A DNA stretch of 18,092 nt from Myxococcota bacterium (GTDB lineage Bacteria > Myxococcota_A > Polyangia > Polyangiales > Sandaracinaceae): assembly GCA_036149055.1 (NCBI GenBank), contig JAYZQJ010000138.1, forward strand, positions 1-18,092, in the 5' to 3' direction. This document shows, piece by piece, positions 10,984 through 18,092 of the stretch. The notes below the pieces were generated by a model that saw only the letters and a list, made by a program, of their open reading frames with translations, was not told the origin of the DNA and searched no databases. The position numbers were made by a program, and so were the translations under genes. The first letter of the stretch is position 1. The number at the start of each line of letters is the position of its first letter.

Positions 10984-11934
10984 TCAGGCGTCGCTCGTCA
11001 CGCCCATCGCGCGGAACTTCGCGTAGCGATCGTCGATGAGCGCCTGCGGGTCGAGCCCCTCGAGCTCGCCGAGGTGACGCTTCAGGGTCGCCGCGAGCTG
11101 CCGGGCCGCCTCGTCCGGCTCGCGGTGCGCGCCCCCGCGGGGCTCGGCGATCACCTCGTCCACCACGCCGAGCTTCACCACGTCGGTCGCGAGGAGCTTG
11201 AGCTGCTGGGCCGCCTTGGGCGCCTCGGCGCCGTCGCGCCAGAGGATCGAGGCGCAGCCCTCGGGCGTGATCACGCTGTAGGTCGCGAACTCGAGCATCA
11301 GCACCCGGTTGGCCACGCCGAGCGCGAGCGCGCCGCCGGAGCCGCCCTCGCCGATGACGGTGGCGATGATCGGCACCTGCAGGCCGGCCATCACCGCGAG
11401 CGACATGCCGATCGCCTCGGACTGACCGCGCTCCTCGGCGCCGATGCCCGGGTAGGCGCCGGGGGTGTCGATGAAGGTGAGGACCGGGCGCCGGAAGCGG
11501 TTCGCCAGGTCCATGATGCGCATCGCCTTCCGGTAGCCCTCGGGGTGGGCCATGCCGAAGTTGCGGCGCACCTTCTCCTTGGTGGTGCGGCCCTTCTGGT
11601 GGCCGATGATCGCGACCGTGCGGCCGTCGAGGCGGGCGAAGCCGCTGATGATCGCCGGGTCGTCCGAGAAGGCGCGATCGCCGTGCAGCTCGACGACGTC
11701 GTCGAAGATGCGCTCGATGTAGTCGAGGAAGTACGGCCGATCCGGGTGCCGGCTCAGCTGGACCTTCTGCCAGACGGTGAGCTGGTCGTAGATCTCGCGC
11801 TGGAGCGTCTCGACCCGCTGCTCGAGCTTGCCGAGCTCGCCCTCGAAGCCGCTCTCGCGCACCCCGTAGACCTTGAGCTCGCGGATGCGCGCCTCGAGCT
11901 CGACGAGCGGTTTCTCGAATTCCAGGTGGGCCAT
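10984..11934 (-). CDS. accA: Acetyl-CoA carboxylase carboxyltransferase subunit alpha, 316 aa
   Basis: MAHLEFEKPL, WQKVQLSRHPDRP, ELHGDR, GHQKGR, RNFGMAHPEGYRKA, IDTPGAYPG, AEERGQSEAI, GEGGSGGALA, YSVITPEGCASILW. Confidence 0.97.
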   Translation of the reverse strand: MAHLEFEKPLVELEARIRELKVYGVRESGFEGELGKLEQRVETLQREIYDQLTVWQKVQLSRHPDRPYFLDYIERIFDDVVELHGDRAFSDDPAIISGFARLDGRTVAIIGHQKGRTTKEKVRRNFGMAHPEGYRKAMRIMDLANRFRRPVLTFIDTPGAYPGIGAEERGQSEAIGMSLAVMAGLQVPIIATVIGEGGSGGALALGVANRVLMLEFATYSVITPEGCASILWRDGAEAPKAAQQLKLLATDVVKLGVVDEVIAEPRGGAHREPDEAARQLAATLKRHLGELEGLDPQALIDDRYAKFRAMGVTSDA

Positions 11935-11985
11935 GGCGGGAGCGGGGGTTCTTTCGCGCCTGCGGCGGCGCGTCAAGGGGCGGCG

Positions 11986-13794
<1,809 letters not shown>

Positions 13795-13882
13795 GACAGC
13801 GCGAGGCTGCGTGGATGCTACCCACCCCTCGGGCGCGCGTAAAGCCGTGATTCCGCCCCCTTCGACCTTTCCGATCCGTGGC

Positions 13883-13911
13883 TTGCCCGCGAGGGGCCCG
13901 AGCGCTATCTT
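13883..13911 (+). promoter_or_regulatory. Putative sigma70-type promoter of rpoZ
   Basis: TTGCCC (13883-13888), 17-nt spacer, TATCTT (13906-13911). AGGAG at 13931-13935 precedes the ATG at 13947. Confidence 0.55.
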
Positions 13912-13946
13912 CCGCGGCCCTTTCCTGCACAGGAGCACTGGTAGAT

Positions 13947-14192
13947 ATGGCCCGCGTCACCGTCGAAGACTGCCTCGAGCACGAAGAGAACCGCTTCGCC
14001 CTGGTCCTGCTCGCGTCCAAGCGCTGCCGGCAGATCATGAAGGGCGCCCCGGCCCTGGTCTCCAGCAAGAACCGCGCGGCCGTCACCGCCCTGCGCGAGA
14101 TCGCCGACCAGAAGGTCTACTGGAACCGCCCCGTGCGCGAGGCCGTCGACGAGTTCATCGCCGAGCAGAAGTCGGTCGACGAGCTCCGCTGA
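13947..14192 (+). CDS. rpoZ: DNA-directed RNA polymerase subunit omega, 81 aa
   Basis: [35 protein letters not shown] is the canonical omega signature. Confidence 0.96.
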   Translation: MARVTVEDCLEHEENRFALVLLASKRCRQIMKGAPALVSSKNRAAVTALREIADQKVYWNRPVREAVDEFIAEQKSVDELR

Positions 14193-14220
14193 GCCCGCTG
14201 CTCTTCCGTCGGCCCCTCCC

Positions 14221-14284
14221 GACTCGCGGGAAGCTCGGCTCCCCCGGACTCGCGGGAACCGAGGAAGGTGGGAAGCGAGGAAGG
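14221..14284. repeat. Intergenic purine-rich repeat between convergent genes (copy 2 of a dispersed element)
   Basis: GACTCGCGGGAA occurs at 14221-14232 and 14247-14258, and GGAA(C/G)CGAGGAAGG units are tandem. Bases 14248-14281 are 29/34 identical to 9683-9716. Confidence 0.65.
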
Positions 14285-14372
14285 AACGGACGGGTCCGGG
14301 CTTCGCCCGCAAGCGCCCGCCCTCGGCGAGACCGAGCGGCGGGCGACTCATTTCCGTCGTCCTGAGCGAGGA

Positions 14373-15017
14373 TCAGGTGGAGCGGATGAAGCGGAGCTTC
14401 GCCTGCGCCCCGAGGCGGTAGAAGCGCCGCAGCTCGACCTCGAGCTCGGCGAGCCTCCCGGTCTCCACGTACCGGGCCTCGAGGCTCGCGGCGTAGGTGG
14501 CGGCGGCGCGGTGGGCGAGGCGGTAGCGCTCCCCTTCGACGCTGTCGGCGCGATCGAGGAAACGCGGCTCCTCGAAGAGGCGCTCGCGCAGGGCCCGGCT
14601 CCGCTCCCGGATGGCGCCGACGCCGTTGCCGGCCAGCAGCCCCGCCGCGTACTTGTCGACCTCGGCCTGCAGCTCGAGCTCGAGCTGGCTGACCTGCTCG
14701 TCGTGATCGGCGCGGAAGGTCAGGTACAGGAAGTGGCTCACGCCTTCGGTGGCCAGGCAGCGGGCCGAGAAGTCGCCGCCCTCGACCGGCCACTCCGGGT
14801 GGGCCTCGCGGAGCGCGTCGAGCACCTCGGGGTCGAGGTAGAGGGCGACGTGCACCCCGTCCTCGTCCTCCATGACGAGCAGCACCTCGCCGCGATCGGC
14901 GGCGCCCTCCCCGACGGTGGCCGCGACGAGCTCCCGGCCGCAGATGAAGCGCTCGACGTCCGGCGCGGGGGCCAGATCGTAGAGCGCGCTCAGCATCCCC
15001 TGGATGCGCGAGAGCAT
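14373..15017 (-). CDS. Conserved-looking hypothetical protein with a zincin-like ExxxH...ELELQAE motif, 214 aa
   Basis: ATG 15017 overlaps the upstream stop (TGATG). Motifs CLATEGVSHFLYL, VSQLELELQAEVDKY, ERYRLA and ELRRFYRL. Confidence 0.8.
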   Translation of the reverse strand: MLSRIQGMLSALYDLAPAPDVERFICGRELVAATVGEGAADRGEVLLVMEDEDGVHVALYLDPEVLDALREAHPEWPVEGGDFSARCLATEGVSHFLYLTFRADHDEQVSQLELELQAEVDKYAAGLLAGNGVGAIRERSRALRERLFEEPRFLDRADSVEGERYRLAHRAAATYAASLEARYVETGRLAELEVELRRFYRLGAQAKLRFIRST

Positions 15018-15601
15018 CAGTGCAGCGTCCGCTCGTCCGCGAGCGCCGGGAAGACGCCCTCCGAGCGCAGCCGCTCCGCCAGCCGGGGCGACTTCGTCCG
15101 CTTCCACTTCTCGTAGAGCCGGACGATGTCCTGCGGAGTGCGGAGCACCGTGCTCTCGCGGACGTCGTCGAGGGCCTCGACGTAGCCCTCGAAGCGCTCG
15201 GCGAGCTCGCCGTAGGCCTGCTGCCGCGGCGCCTCCCGCGGGCTGAAGGCCGCGAGCTGTCGGGCCACGCCGTAGGCGCGCCCCCCCATGGCCACGAAGT
15301 AGCTGCGGCTCAGGCCGCGGCGCTCGAGGTGATCTTCGAAGAAGCCGAGCAGGTAGAGGGCGGAGTCCCCGAGATCGCGGAGCTTCCGGATCTTCTCGGG
15401 GCCGTCGGCCTCCATGGCGTCGGCCAGCTGGAGCGCCAGCGGCCGGTCGAAGTCCGCGGGGTCGCCGTCGGCGAAGCTCGCGAGGAGCTCGACCAGGTAG
15501 AACCGCGTGGTCTCCGAGGCCGGTACGCCGTGCCGCTCCAGAGCCGCGTCCAGCCGCTCGAAGAACCAGCCCCTCACGTTGCCCGACATCTCGATCGTCA
15601 T
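15017..15601 (-). CDS. Conserved-looking all-helical hypothetical protein, 194 aa
   Basis: Strong SD GAAGGAGGT 9 nt before ATG 15601 (MTIEMSGNVRGWF). Motifs YLVELL, LRDLGDSALYLLGFF, SYFVAMGGRAY, ELAERF and LYEKW. Confidence 0.82.
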   Translation of the reverse strand: MTIEMSGNVRGWFFERLDAALERHGVPASETTRFYLVELLASFADGDPADFDRPLALQLADAMEADGPEKIRKLRDLGDSALYLLGFFEDHLERRGLSRSYFVAMGGRAYGVARQLAAFSPREAPRQQAYGELAERFEGYVEALDDVRESTVLRTPQDIVRLYEKWKRTKSPRLAERLRSEGVFPALADERTLH

Positions 15602-15723
15602 CTCTCGCGCACCTCCTTCGCCCCGTGAATCGGACGTCATGTCCATGAAATTAGGGCAAAATGGGCGCTTCCCATAACTTGTCGCGTCCACGCCTGGGGC
15701 TAATCGCGCCCGCCCTCCGGTTG

Positions 15724-15750
15724 CTGGCAGCCGTCGACGACGAGTGCTGA
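15724..15750 (-). promoter_or_regulatory. Second, degenerate CIRCE (HrcA operator) facing the divergent hypothetical pair
   Basis: Minus strand reads TCAGCACTC-N9-GGCTGCCAG (plus strand CTGGCAGCC-gtcgacgac-GAGTGCTGA). One arm is identical to the left arm of the groES CIRCE, the spacer is exactly 9 nt, and the other arm matches 5/9. Confidence 0.55.
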
Positions 15751-15839
15751 CCGGGCACGAGCCCCCGCCGAGCCGACACGCCAAGTCCTCGGAATCGTTG
15801 GACACCGGTGAGACCACTCACAGGTTGTCCAGGGGGCGG

Positions 15840-15867
15840 TTGACTCGAAAATCGAGCAGCTTAGATT
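15840..15867 (+). promoter_or_regulatory. Putative sigma70-type promoter of groES-groEL
   Basis: TTGACT (15840-15845), 16-nt spacer, TAGATT (15862-15867), immediately upstream of the CIRCE. Confidence 0.65.
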
Positions 15868-15878
15868 CGCGAGCGCTA

Positions 15879-15905
15879 TCAGCACTCGACATCTGCGAGT
15901 GCTAA
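15879..15905 (+). promoter_or_regulatory. CIRCE element (HrcA operator)
   Basis: TCAGCACTC-GACATCTGC-GAGTGCTAA, against consensus TTAGCACTC-N9-GAGTGCTAA (one mismatch), upstream of groES. Confidence 0.93.
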
Positions 15906-15985
15906 CAAAGCGACCCTTGGCCGGATCTCACCCTGGGGGGAACGAGCTCCGGTCGACCGAGAAACCCCTGCTCGAGGAGATCAGC

Positions 15986-16273
15986 ATGGCGATTCGTCCC
16001 CTGCACGACCGCGTGATCATTCAGCGCGTCAAGGAAGAAGAGAAGACCAAGGGCGGCATCATCATCCCCGACACGGCCAAGGAGAAGCCGATCGAGGGCA
16101 AGGTGATCGCGGTCGGGAACGGCAAGATCCTCGAGGACGGCAGCGTCCGCAAGCTCGAGGTGAAGAAGGGCGACCGCGTCCTCTTCGGCAAGTACGCCGG
16201 CACCGACGTCAAGATCGACGGTGAGGATCACCTGATCCTCCGCGAGGACGACATCCTCGGCGTCGTCGAGTGA
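15986..16273 (+). CDS. groES: Co-chaperonin GroES, 95 aa
   Basis: [64 protein letters not shown] precedes ATG 15986. Confidence 0.98.
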   Translation: MAIRPLHDRVIIQRVKEEEKTKGGIIIPDTAKEKPIEGKVIAVGNGKILEDGSVRKLEVKKGDRVLFGKYAGTDVKIDGEDHLILREDDILGVVE

Positions 16274-16293
16274 GCCCCCACGAAACGACCTGA

Positions 16294-17937
<1,644 letters not shown>

Positions 17938-17965
17938 TCTCCGAAGATCGGAAGCCCCGATGAAA

Positions 17966-18007
17966 ACGCCGAGTCCCTCCGGGGACTCGGCGTGTTCTTT
18001 TTTTTTT
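17966..18007 (+). terminator. Rho-independent terminator of groESL
   Basis: 12-bp perfect stem ACGCCGAGTCCC / GGGACTCGGCGT with loop TCCG, followed by GTTC and a 10-T run. Confidence 0.92.
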
Positions 18008-18092
18008 AGGCCCCCGTGGGCCGCCGGTGCCCCCCGGCGCCTTGGGCCCCCCCGGGGGCCGGGGCCGGGGCCGCGCCGGGAGCCGGGGGGGG

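Noticed and set aside
14193..14372. Possible CRISPR mini-array, tRNA or ncRNA in the rpoZ downstream spacer
   Set aside because: The repeats are only 12-14 nt with ~16-26-nt periods, with no unique ~30-nt spacers, no cas genes and no cloverleaf or T-loop motif.
15661..15675. ATGGG-CGCTT-CCCAT inverted repeat / possible sigma32-like CCCAT box before the hypothetical pair
   Set aside because: The arms are only 5 bp and I found no matching -35 element, so it is too weak to call.
18008..18092. Near-pure G/C tail with GGGGCC x3 and G-runs (G-quadruplex-like)
   Set aside because: It is low-complexity sequence right after a hairpin and poly-T at the window edge, typical of degraded read or contig ends. 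It cannot be trusted without read data.

Overview
This is a very GC-rich bacterial chromosomal window. Its gene content (TsaP-like LysM protein, FHA-GAF adenylate cyclase, PrsW-family protease, tandem FKBP) suggests Myxococcota/deltaproteobacteria; that placement is an inference. It holds about 18 real CDS, mostly housekeeping or envelope genes. In order: a translationally coupled CpoB/YbgF-like TPR lipoprotein + LysM (TsaP-like) pair; a three-gene unit of two membrane desaturases and an unknown membrane protein, with a palindrome upstream; a lipoprotein with two near-identical FKBP domains; a pseudo-receiver-like protein; an SDR; a coupled AstE/AspA-family hydrolase-hemB-Trm112-like operon; cyclase-accA-prsW; rpoZ; two coupled unknown genes; and groES-groEL with a CIRCE operator and a strong terminator. 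The best lead is the groES intergenic region. Besides the canonical CIRCE it carries a second, oppositely oriented degenerate CIRCE ahead of the divergent pair of uncharacterised genes, which suggests an unstudied HrcA-controlled heat-shock module. A 34-bp purine-rich element also recurs (29/34 identical) in two convergent intergenic regions. I saw no mobile elements, CRISPR arrays or RNA genes. Most of the long alternative-frame ORFs are high-GC shadows.
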